64,000 bases of DNA from an uncultured Gammaproteobacteria bacterium (GTDB lineage: Bacteria; Patescibacteriota; Patescibacteriia; UBA1558; S5-K13). Location of the stretch: the NCBI GenBank assembly GCA_964640635.1, contig CAZXFD010000002.1, positions 26,153-90,152 of the forward strand, read 5' to 3'. Within the stretch, counting starts at the first letter, position 1. Each line of letters begins with the position of its first letter. A program made the position numbers and the translations under genes. The notes under the pieces were generated by a model. It searched no databases and had not been told where the DNA came from. It saw nothing but the letters and a program-made list of their open reading frames with translations. This document shows positions 19,701 through 27,893 of this stretch, in pieces.

Positions 19701-22493
19701 TAACATTAATTTTTGCGTTTCTTCAGATTCTAATACTTGGGGAGAAACTTTAAATATATCTATAAAAATTAAGGGGTCTTTTGTTTGTGCATTTTTTAAG
19801 CAACATGATAATCCATTTTGGATAGCAGTCTGAAAGTCTTGAGATTCAAAAAATTCATTAGGAAAATTATATTCCCTTTGTATATCAATTGCAGTAAATA
19901 CATCTACTAGGTTACACATTGGGGACAAGAGCGTTATCATTTTTAATTTTATTACATCTTGCACTTCTTGAGACTGCAATATATCACTCGACAAATTAAA
20001 TTCTTTTTTTAATTTTACTAAATTGTGAGTATCTAAATATACTGATGTATTGAGTATTCTAGCCTTAATAGCAAATTGTATTTCTTGGGACTGTAGAATA
20101 TCATCTGACGCTGATAATATTTGTCTTATATGAATTGCTCTATCTATTCTATTATCCGAAAACTCTGCTATTATTGCCGATTTTATAGCATTTATAATTT
20201 CTTGAGACTGCAATACATCCTCTGATACATAAAATTCTTCTTTTATTCTTAATATACCGTTTATATTTTTACTCAATAAAAACTGTAACATACATATTTT
20301 TACAGCGTCCTGCATTTCTTGAGACTGCAATACATCCTCTGATACATAAAATTCCATTTTTATATTTATTGCTTCATCTATGTCTCCGACAGAAATTTGT
20401 CTTATAATTTGTTCTTTGGCGGCTTCTTGAATCTCAGAAAATTTACAAATTCTCTCTACAGATGGTTCACTTTCTACATTATCATTTATTAACTCTTCAT
20501 CAATAAGGCCCTCTGCTTCTACTATAATAGGATCATCTATTACTATAAATCGTTTCTTAATTTTTATTGCTTCATATACTTTTCCTGATGATAAATATTG
20601 TATTATTCCTATTTTTACCGCATCTTGCATTTCTTGAGATTGTAATATCTGAAAAGAGAGATGAAATTTATCTTGTATGTTTATTGCCTCGTATAAGCCT
20701 CCCGATGACAAAAGGTGAATTATTACTAATTTTACACAATCATCCATATCATCTTTTGAAATGCCCACTTTTTCTTGAAGTTCTCTGGCTCTATATAAAT
20801 CTCGATGAGGATATAAAAAGCTACGTATTATTTTTTTTGCAATATTTTGAAAAACTTCTTCTGATATTCTAAGTTTTTCTTTAATTTTTATTGCGCTATC
20901 TATAGAATTATTGTGCATAAGACGTGATATTGCATTTTCTCCAGCATACTGCACTTCCTTAGAAAATAATATTTCATCCGTAATTTGAAATTTTTCAAAA
21001 AACCCAATTACTGTATCTATATAATATGAAGCTTCATTTAATAATCCTATCAATCCAATTTTTACGGCATCCTGCACCTCTTTAGAAAGTATCACCTCGC
21101 TAGAAACTTGAAACTTATCTATAATTTTGATTGTTTCATGTGTAAACTTCTTCGTAAGAGAATTTATTAACCCTTTTTTTATTGCATCATCAATTCCATC
21201 TGTTATTTCTATGTCAGTAGATAATTTAAATACACTTCTTAGTCTAATAACTAAATCTGAATTATAACCACTAGATAAAATATTTATTACATTTTGTTTT
21301 GCAAGCGATTGAAGATCTTCAGATAATATAACCTCCTCTGATATTTGAAATTTTTCTATAATTTGAAGGACTGTATTTACATAATTTGTTGACTTTCCAA
21401 GTAGGCTAATTATTGTTTGTTTTGCTGAATCTTGAATTTCTTTAGACTTTATTACTTCGTCTGGGATTTGAAATCTATTTACAAATTCTACTGCATGATC
21501 GACGCCATATGCACTAGATAACTTATTTGCCATTCCTTTTCTTGCAGCATCTTGAATTTCTTTAGACTTTATTACTTCTTCTGAGATTGGAAATTTTGTT
21601 ATAATTTCTAAAGCTCGAACAATGTTAAAATTCCAATTAGATAAACACATCATTATTGCTTGTTTTGTATATTTTAATATAGAATCTTTAGAGATACTTA
21701 ATTTTTCTAACAACTTCTCCAGATCATCTAAATTACTATAATATAAAGCATTAGCCATACCCTTATCCGCTGCATCTCTGAGCTTTTTAGATGTTAATAT
21801 TTTTTCTGATACATCAAACTCTTCTATAAGTTCTAGAATTTTATTTGCATCAGCCCCTACTGATAACTCGCTTATAATTTTATTAACCACAGCCTTTTGA
21901 ATTTTCTCTAAATATGTATTTTCTTGTATATTAAATTTCTTTTTTAGCTCTATTACACCGTGAACATAGTCCCCTTTACCAGTTTCAAGTGAATCTATAA
22001 TAGATTTTTGCGTGGCCTTTTGCATACTTGACTGTTTTATAACATCTTCTGAAATATTAAATTCTTCTTTAATTTTTATTGCATTTTCTAAATCATTATT
22101 CGACAAACGATTTATTATTTCTTTACTAGCCATGCTCTGTATTTCTTGAGATTCCAATACCTCTGGCGATATATTAAATTTTTCTTTTATATTTAAAGCA
22201 CCCCATATATATCCTTCCGATAAACAGTTTATTATTCCCTTTTTTGCAGCATCCTGAACCATTGGGAAATTAATTAGAGTTTCAGAAAAATTATTTTTTT
22301 CTAATATATCTATGGCATTTTTGTTTTCTCCCCAATCTGATAATTTTGAGATCATTTCTTCTAAATCTTCTTTTTGTTCTTCTGACAAACTTAAATATTC
22401 ATCTAATTCATAGAGGCTTTTAGGCGTATCATCTTTTTCTAAGTTTTTTAATTCTATGTCCTCAATATTTATTTGTTGTGGCTTTTCTAACAT
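16728..22493 (-). CDS. 1921-aa protein: helical repeat region plus C-terminal enzyme-like/GNAT-like region
   Basis: ~36-40-aa repeats (I.EKF.ISEEV..S.E.Q.A.K); C-terminal AGNDTSCCMPFG, DNIE, GYILAYEG, YVSDLAS..RAGGSL. Confidence 0.75.
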   Translation of the reverse strand: MLEKPQQINIEDIELKNLEKDDTPKSLYELDEYLSLSEEQKEDLEEMISKLSDWGENKNAIDILEKNNFSETLINFPMVQDAAKKGIINCLSEGYIWGALNIKEKFNISPEVLESQEIQSMASKEIINRLSNNDLENAIKIKEEFNISEDVIKQSSMQKATQKSIIDSLETGKGDYVHGVIELKKKFNIQENTYLEKIQKAVVNKIISELSVGADANKILELIEEFDVSEKILTSKKLRDAADKGMANALYYSNLDDLEKLLEKLSISKDSILKYTKQAIMMCLSNWNFNIVRALEIITKFPISEEVIKSKEIQDAARKGMANKLSSAYGVDHAVEFVNRFQIPDEVIKSKEIQDSAKQTIISLLGKSTNYVNTVLQIIEKFQISEEVILSEDLQSLAKQNVINILSSGYNSDLVIRLRSVFKLSTDIEITDGIDDAIKKGLINSLTKKFTHETIKIIDKFQVSSEVILSKEVQDAVKIGLIGLLNEASYYIDTVIGFFEKFQITDEILFSKEVQYAGENAISRLMHNNSIDSAIKIKEKLRISEEVFQNIAKKIIRSFLYPHRDLYRARELQEKVGISKDDMDDCVKLVIIHLLSSGGLYEAINIQDKFHLSFQILQSQEMQDAVKIGIIQYLSSGKVYEAIKIKKRFIVIDDPIIVEAEGLIDEELINDNVESEPSVERICKFSEIQEAAKEQIIRQISVGDIDEAINIKMEFYVSEDVLQSQEMQDAVKICMLQFLLSKNINGILRIKEEFYVSEDVLQSQEIINAIKSAIIAEFSDNRIDRAIHIRQILSASDDILQSQEIQFAIKARILNTSVYLDTHNLVKLKKEFNLSSDILQSQEVQDVIKLKMITLLSPMCNLVDVFTAIDIQREYNFPNEFFESQDFQTAIQNGLSCCLKNAQTKDPLIFIDIFKVSPQVLESEETQKLMLPIVIDLLRTKGIKETIELINRFHVNEEIVSDAAKEVIAWALSNDLRRDFVQEIIDTFHLNEETILDAVVQAISKISVASRMIYNAISIIEKYNISDEMIASSKIQQYAKEGMVNRFSEGNFDAGILIKDKFNVSEELVIEAAKEGMIRCLLLYIDKASKIKEEFNVVLSKGDLDYCIEKSYFKSIDNGHGFFSKDCDYIFDDAKNLNLLPSELYFIKDDLDKIRTMGSEVKSQYIFDKLKRKHENWIDEQNILIPFETGAKIFGYSKMFNYIERPNISKHDALHNFLKIIDLYNVSGLSANEFYNNILKQIKDDTAVYEIGSSYHVLNSISRNINSNLEETLSQAKEYGLPTLDKLLKEIRSVGDVFSSWKMLRKYNDLCQILNRKEILDQLKELKSIGKINLYNYIEKLAFHPNIEMQKVMEFWKNSGRFLQLSDSHTPREVHDRKKPSNYIVISHLDLSSDDLRDALVEGDYDNLQVFEPLEIDYKLMISSGKYGSLELNELILKAIGKRREGVLGEAKNPDKLFSELQKIFKENKINIVPYLQSGKIEEDKAQVLESIKDQILNIIYNQNSGLEDDRIIEEYRAKINLKSDPNGVVAGNDTSCCMPFGSGKSNVYTFNPICSLFTIQRLTESSDNNKQKNWRTIAQSVLTKNIDIEKNILEVVAQLNKFEAHMHDIVSDDVLIDKQSIITCDNIEVAPNFKSQRNNTEVLKILYANFFKEYIRRFAKKYNLDENKVLVGLGYTDANISLDRIANTTVPEAPVGYSDNVNFGESMLLDISKEEKEGIILSRVTGMQEKKKINLKRLELKLPRGISSLTFQDSIKVAYIEGKAYKDNQKLIQYLHNMENALIAKDVNNMIKNRPEMSFKYTGEDKKMHGYILAYEGKMDKDDKDSENIVYVSDLASDGNSRAGGSLILAFVEAYKVNYIEKDNIIPIFAQFREQTSYQIIMKQLEKLSKDTGVKFEAKETNTYMVGNDTMHEVIIRGSK

Positions 22494-22497
22494 ATAT

Positions 22498-23394
22498 TTA
22501 TAAGTATTTTTTCTTTTTAGGTAATATTTTTAGTTTTGCGCCCACTACAACAAGTCGGACAATAAACCAATTTAAAACAATAAAAAATTGCAAAATTAAA
22601 ATCTGTAATTTACTTTTATGCTTTTTGAAATATACTGATAAGCTTTTATTAAATGTTTTTTGATTTTTTAATATTTTTTCTTGTTTAAAGCTTTCGCCTT
22701 TGTGATGCTTAATAGAGGTAATCGGTGTAAAAATTATATCAAGACCAGCCTCTTTAATTCTTGCACAGAGATCTACTTCTTCAAATAAAAGCCAGTAATC
22801 CTCGTCTAAAAGTCCTCCGACTCGCTCAACAACATCCTTTCTTGTTAGTAAAAATGCACCCATTACTTGTTCTACTTTTTTTTCACTATTATAATCAAAA
22901 TCCAGCATATAATATTTTTTTATAGCTGGAATAAGATATGGAAAAAAATTGTGCAGTTTTAATAACACAAAGATCTGAGATGCTAATGTAGGAAGTCTAC
23001 GGCAAGATGATTGAAGTGTAGAATCACTATTTAATAATTTACATGCCACTGCTCCAATATCAACGCGCGAGTCAAATAACTCAACAAGTTTCTTTAAGCT
23101 TCCATCTTCTATAAATTCTGTGTCTGGATTAAGTAGTAATACATGTTCATGTTTTGATAGTTTATAGCCAATATTATTTGCCTTTGCAAAACCAAGATTC
23201 CCACCTGATTGTATATATCTAGCTTGAGGATATTTACTATTTACCATGTCCTCGCTTCCATCATTTGAGTCATTGTCAATTACAATCACATCTAAATCAA
23301 TGTCAGTATTAAATCTAAACAAAGATTCAAGAGCTTTGTCTAGTAAATCTTTTACTTTATAATTTACGATAATTACAGATATTTGATTCAACAT
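22498..23394 (-). CDS. GT2 family glycosyltransferase
   Basis: IIVNY, VIDNDSND, LLNPD, QVMGAF, EEVDLC. Confidence 0.9.
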   Translation of the reverse strand: MLNQISVIIVNYKVKDLLDKALESLFRFNTDIDLDVIVIDNDSNDGSEDMVNSKYPQARYIQSGGNLGFAKANNIGYKLSKHEHVLLLNPDTEFIEDGSLKKLVELFDSRVDIGAVACKLLNSDSTLQSSCRRLPTLASQIFVLLKLHNFFPYLIPAIKKYYMLDFDYNSEKKVEQVMGAFLLTRKDVVERVGGLLDEDYWLLFEEVDLCARIKEAGLDIIFTPITSIKHHKGESFKQEKILKNQKTFNKSLSVYFKKHKSKLQILILQFFIVLNWFIVRLVVVGAKLKILPKKKKYL

Positions 23395-23417
23395 ATTTTA
23401 AGTAATTTGAAATTAAT

Positions 23418-24416
23418 CTACAATCTCTCACACAACTCAATCATCCTATTACTAAATCCCCACTCATTGTCATACCACGCAATAAGTTTTACTAAATTTC
23501 CATCCATTACATTTGTAAGTGACAAATCAAAAATTGATGAGTATGGATTTCCTATAATATCAGATGATACAATTTTATCAGTCGTTGTCATTAGTATTCC
23601 CTTGAATTTTTTATCCTTAGACATCTTTATAAACAATTCATTTATTTTTTCAATACTCGTATTTTCTTTTATCTTTATTGTGACATCAGAAAGTGAACCA
23701 TCGACAACTGGAACTCTTATTGCAAGTCCATCAAATTTTCCCTTGAGCTTTGGAATAGCATTTGTAACAGCTATCGCAGCACCAGTTGAAGTAGGAACAA
23801 TGTTTTGCGCTGCTGCCCTTGCGCGACGTAAGTCGCTATGAGGACCGTCAACAAGATTCTGATCTGCAGTATAAGCATGAACTGTTGTCATAAAAGCTTT
23901 TTCTATTGTAAAATTATCACTCATTATTTTCATAACAGGTGCAATACAATTTGTTGTACAAGATGCTAGATCATATACATCAATTGTTTTCTTAATTTTT
24001 TCATCATTTACACCAAGAACTATTGTCTGAACATTTTCACCTTTTGCAGGAGCTGAAATTATAACTTTTTTTGCCCCAGCTTTCATATGCTTTTGTGCAT
24101 CCTCATACGTTCTAAATATTCCTGTGCACTCTAGTACTATATCAACTTTCAAATCCTTCCATGGTAAAAGCGTAGGATCTTTTTGAGCATAAACTGGATA
24201 TAGTTTTCCATCAACAACAATTCCGTTCTTATTTGATGATACTTTATTCTCAATTCTCTTTTGCGCAGTGTCATACTTTAATAAATGAGCAAGAGTTGCA
24301 CTGTCTGTAAGATCATTGATAGCAACTACTTCAATATTTTTTTTATTTAGTGCGATTCTAAATGCAGCACGACCTATACGACCGAAGCCATTAATTGCTA
24401 TTCTTTTTTTTGCCAT
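23418..24416 (-). CDS. gap: Glyceraldehyde-3-phosphate dehydrogenase type I
   Basis: INGFGRIGR, ASCTTNC, DLRRARAAA, WYDNEWG. Confidence 0.97.
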   Translation of the reverse strand: MAKKRIAINGFGRIGRAAFRIALNKKNIEVVAINDLTDSATLAHLLKYDTAQKRIENKVSSNKNGIVVDGKLYPVYAQKDPTLLPWKDLKVDIVLECTGIFRTYEDAQKHMKAGAKKVIISAPAKGENVQTIVLGVNDEKIKKTIDVYDLASCTTNCIAPVMKIMSDNFTIEKAFMTTVHAYTADQNLVDGPHSDLRRARAAAQNIVPTSTGAAIAVTNAIPKLKGKFDGLAIRVPVVDGSLSDVTIKIKENTSIEKINELFIKMSKDKKFKGILMTTTDKIVSSDIIGNPYSSIFDLSLTNVMDGNLVKLIAWYDNEWGFSNRMIELCERL

Positions 24417-24477
24417 ATAATTTTATTTTTAATAATTATTTAATTTTATAATAAATTTTTGCCACACTATGTATATC

Positions 24478-24552
24478 GTCATCCTGAATTTATTTCAGGA
24501 TCTTTAGGTGATTGCCTATAATTAAGAGATTCTGAGATAAACTCAGAATGAC
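24478..24552. mobile_element. 75-bp MITE/RPE-like palindromic element
   Basis: Ends GTCATCCTGAATTTATTTCAGGATCT and AGATTCTGAGATAAACTCAGAATGAC are imperfect inverted repeats of each other, and each is also an internal hairpin. Confidence 0.65.
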
Positions 24553-24572
24553 AACAAGGCAAAAATTTTTAA

Positions 24573-25139
24573 TTATTTTATCAAACCATACCCAAGTCCA
24601 ATCGCCTTATCATTTAACACTTTTAGCTCTGGTTTCTGCACATATTTACTTTCAAACTTATGGTCAATTGATTTTTGTGCGTCTTTAATATCAACAAACT
24701 CTTTTATTGTTTTGATAATTGCACCCAACACTATCATATTCATAACGCGCTGAGATCCCACTTCTTTTGATAGAGTATCAAATGCAAATCCAGATGAGTT
24801 TTTTATTTTCTTAATTTCTGGATCTTTTATCAAATCAGTATTATAAATTACAATAGAGTCTTTATTTATATAGTCATCTGCACGCTTGAAAGCGCGCTCA
24901 GATAAAATTATCATAATGTCCGCCTTTAAAAATTTTGGGTAATATATATTTTTATTTGCTTCATCCCGCCTTGGCGGGATAAATTGTATATAACCGAGAG
25001 ATACACCACCGCGTTGTTCTACTCCGTAATTTGGCACAAAACTAATTTGATAATTTTTTGTATTTAGTATATCAAGCAAAATTTTACTAATTGTTTGAAC
25101 TCCTTGACCACCCTCACCTGCAATAAGAATTTTTTTCAT
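24573..25139 (-). CDS. 2-oxoacid:acceptor oxidoreductase gamma subunit
   Basis: IAGEGGQGV, PNYGVEQRGG, NMIVLGA. Confidence 0.9.
   Translation of the reverse strand: MKKILIAGEGGQGVQTISKILLDILNTKNYQISFVPNYGVEQRGGVSLGYIQFIPPRRDEANKNIYYPKFLKADIMIILSERAFKRADDYINKDSIVIYNTDLIKDPEIKKIKNSSGFAFDTLSKEVGSQRVMNMIVLGAIIKTIKEFVDIKDAQKSIDHKFESKYVQKPELKVLNDKAIGLGYGLIK
24963..24980. repeat. 18-bp palindrome ATCCCGCCTTGGCGGGAT lying in frame inside the gamma-subunit CDS
   Basis: 8-bp arms; encodes IPPRRD; a GC island in an AT-rich gene. Confidence 0.7.
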
Positions 25140-25269
25140 AATATTTTAATTTTATGTTTATTTTAAAATTCTAATATCGAAACTCTAAATTATAAACAAA
25201 TTTCAATATTTAAATTCTAATGTTTCAAATTTACTATTTATTATTTTGAATTTGTTTAGAATTTAATGC

Positions 25270-25998
25270 TTATAATTTCGTGCTTAATTCCCCAATAGGA
25301 TAAAATTCTTTAAGTTTCTTCATAAAATCCAATGTATTTTTAGCATCTGTTTTCCAGTTTGTAGGACAAAATGACAATATTTCAACAAATGAAAATCCCT
25401 TCCCTTGCATCTGAAATTCAATTGCTTTTTTAATAAAACCTTTAAGTTGTATTGGGTTATCAACAGAGCCTCTTGCTATATAAGCAGGCGTTTTAGATGC
25501 ATTAAAAAGCAATTCAGGGCCCTGCAAGAAGTATTCATCTGCACCATGCTGAGTTGTTGCTGTAATCTGCCCCTTAATTGTAGTTGGTGCTTCTTGTCCT
25601 CCTGTCATGCCATAATTTGCATTATTTACAATAATAACAGTAATATTTTCATTTCTTATTCTTGCGCTTATCAAGTGTTGCATTCCTATTGCATATGCAC
25701 CTCCATCTCCCAAATATGCAATTGCAACAATATCTTTTTTTGCTCTCTTTGCACCTGTTACGACTGGTATTGTTCTTCCATGATGGGTTTGAATTGTGTC
25801 AACATTAAAAAAATTCCAAGCCAAAAGTGAGCACCCAATATCTATTCCAAATAAAGTATTATTTTGGATACCGAGCTCATCAATAATAAATCCCAAATTT
25901 TTTAGAATTATAGGATGACCACAACCAGGACAAAAATTATGTGGCTTAGAAGATTTTTTCCAGCATATTGGCCAAGCTAATGTATTTTCTTTATTCAT
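25270..25998 (-). CDS. 2-oxoacid:ferredoxin oxidoreductase beta subunit (TPP-binding)
   Basis: FCPGCGH, IGC, HGR, GDG, NNANYGMTGGQ, CPTNW. Confidence 0.92.
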   Translation of the reverse strand: MNKENTLAWPICWKKSSKPHNFCPGCGHPIILKNLGFIIDELGIQNNTLFGIDIGCSLLAWNFFNVDTIQTHHGRTIPVVTGAKRAKKDIVAIAYLGDGGAYAIGMQHLISARIRNENITVIIVNNANYGMTGGQEAPTTIKGQITATTQHGADEYFLQGPELLFNASKTPAYIARGSVDNPIQLKGFIKKAIEFQMQGKGFSFVEILSFCPTNWKTDAKNTLDFMKKLKEFYPIGELSTKL

Positions 25999-26078
25999 AA
26001 TAATTATAATTATTTTATAACAATCCCTTTATAAACGTATTTATTGAAATTTTGAAGTTTGAAATTTATTTGTCATTT

Positions 26079-26108
26079 TTCGCCAGAGGCGAATCAGCCT
26101 TTGGCTGA
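26079..26108. repeat. 30-bp twin-hairpin element TTCGCCAGAGGCGAA-TCAGCCTTTGGCTGA
   Basis: Two 15-nt hairpins; core of the 60-bp elements at 29037 and 39325; sits within TTTGAAR heptamers. Confidence 0.8.
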
Positions 26109-26147
26109 GAAATTTACCTATCTCGCCAAAGCTTTAGCGAAGGCGGA

Positions 26148-27209
26148 TTATTTGGAATTTTTAATGACTTCTATTATTTCTTCAGATGTTATTCCAAACG
26201 CTGGCTTGTTATAAGTTTTTATAGGAATATTTAATCCATACAGATTTTCTTTTACAAGTTTTAATAATTGATTTTCCGCTGACTCTGTTACAATAATTTG
26301 TTTTATTCCTTTTAATTCTTTCTTTAATGCGTCTACCGGAAATGGATTAAGGGTTATTGGTCTAAACAATTTTACAGATTTTTTCTTAGTGTCTGAAAGC
26401 GCTTGCTTTACAGATGATGCAACTATTCCATGAGCTATTATAAGAGTATCTTTTGCCGACTTGTCATAAGAGAAAACTTCATGCTCGCTTATCTCACTTT
26501 TTATTTTATTCCACTTTTCGATTAAGATTTTATTGTTATCAAAACACTCTTCTTCTACTGAATATGTGTTTCTAAGATTTACATAATTTGATTCTTGGCG
26601 ATTATTTCGTTTGAGGGATTTCAAAACTATTGGTTTACTTATTTCTAATTTTGTAGGCTTTTTTAATTCAACATTTGTTCTAGTCTTTAAAGTATAACCA
26701 TCAGTAAGTACAAAAGTTGGAATCATATAGTGCCATGCTGTATTAAATGCCTTAATTGTATAATCATATAATTCTTTTATGCTTGATGGTGAATAAACAA
26801 TACGATATCCCTCTCCATTTCCACCAAATGCAGTGAGTGTTACTTCTTGCTGAGAATATATTACTGATGCAGTAGATGGCCCTCCACGCTGACCAATAAT
26901 AGCAACTATTGGCAATTGCATTGCTTCAGCCATTGAAAAGGCATCTTGCATTAATATGTTTCCGGGACCAGCTGTTGCCGTAAAAGCTTTGATACCAGTC
27001 AAAATTGCACCTATTGTTGCAAAACCCGCAGACATCTCATCTTCTGTTTGTAAAAAAATTAATTTCTCAGGATTCTTTTCGTAATTTGTATCCCACTCTG
27101 ACATAATTTCTGTTGTTGGTGTAATAGGATAACCAAAAAAAGCACTTACACCTGCATCAAGCGCAGCACGCACAACCACTTCATTTCCTGTTAATAGTTC
27201 TTTTGCCAT
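26148..27209 (-). CDS. 2-oxoacid:ferredoxin oxidoreductase alpha subunit
   Basis: GNE, GYPITP, QTEDE, TATAGPG, QRGGPST. Confidence 0.92.
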   Translation of the reverse strand: MAKELLTGNEVVVRAALDAGVSAFFGYPITPTTEIMSEWDTNYEKNPEKLIFLQTEDEMSAGFATIGAILTGIKAFTATAGPGNILMQDAFSMAEAMQLPIVAIIGQRGGPSTASVIYSQQEVTLTAFGGNGEGYRIVYSPSSIKELYDYTIKAFNTAWHYMIPTFVLTDGYTLKTRTNVELKKPTKLEISKPIVLKSLKRNNRQESNYVNLRNTYSVEEECFDNNKILIEKWNKIKSEISEHEVFSYDKSAKDTLIIAHGIVASSVKQALSDTKKKSVKLFRPITLNPFPVDALKKELKGIKQIIVTESAENQLLKLVKENLYGLNIPIKTYNKPAFGITSEEIIEVIKNSK

Positions 27210-27270
27210 ATATATTTATATAAATTTTAATAAAAAATTTGCCTGAAAGCTGATAGCTAATCGCTAATAG

Positions 27271-27864
27271 CTAGTTATAAAGAATCTCATCATCATCACT
27301 TTCCTCTTCACTATCTACTAAGTTGTCATTATCCTCTCCAATTACTGGAATCTTATAACTAACATCTTCTCTATTTATATCATTAATGTCATCATCTAAA
27401 ATTTCTTCATCTTCTACAACGCTCTCTGCATCCTCTTCTTCGTCACTTATTTCCTCTTTTTCTTCTTCATAAATATTATTGTCTATATTTTGAAAAGATC
27501 TTCTTCTATAAGAGTCCATTTGTTCTTTCATTTCCCCAAGGCGTTTAAATAAATTTATAAGAATAAGAAAGATCAAAACAACTGAAACGAGAAGAACCCA
27601 AAAATGAACTTTGGTATAATCAAAATAATCCTCGAAATTAAAAGAATCTTCAGAGGTAGTATCCTCTGGAATGTTGCTCATATCAGTACCTAATTTTCCA
27701 TCTTCTAACTTATTATAAAAATTATCTATTTGTTCTGTTGTGCTGGCATCTAATTCACTTGCTTCTAAATTGGCTTCGCTATATGCTGCCATACAATTAA
27801 AAGACATGGCCAAAAACAAAACTAATGAAATTGGAAGTATATATAATTTTATTTTATTTTTCAT
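27271..27864 (-). CDS. Hypothetical membrane protein (signal peptide, one TM, acidic C-terminal tail)
   Basis: Hydrophobic N-terminus, central TM FWVLLVSVVLIFLILINLF, D/E-rich tail. Confidence 0.7.
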   Translation of the reverse strand: MKNKIKLYILPISLVLFLAMSFNCMAAYSEANLEASELDASTTEQIDNFYNKLEDGKLGTDMSNIPEDTTSEDSFNFEDYFDYTKVHFWVLLVSVVLIFLILINLFKRLGEMKEQMDSYRRRSFQNIDNNIYEEEKEEISDEEEDAESVVEDEEILDDDINDINREDVSYKIPVIGEDNDNLVDSEEESDDDEILYN

Positions 27865-27893
27865 ATATTTACTTGTCCCACAAAATGGCGGGA

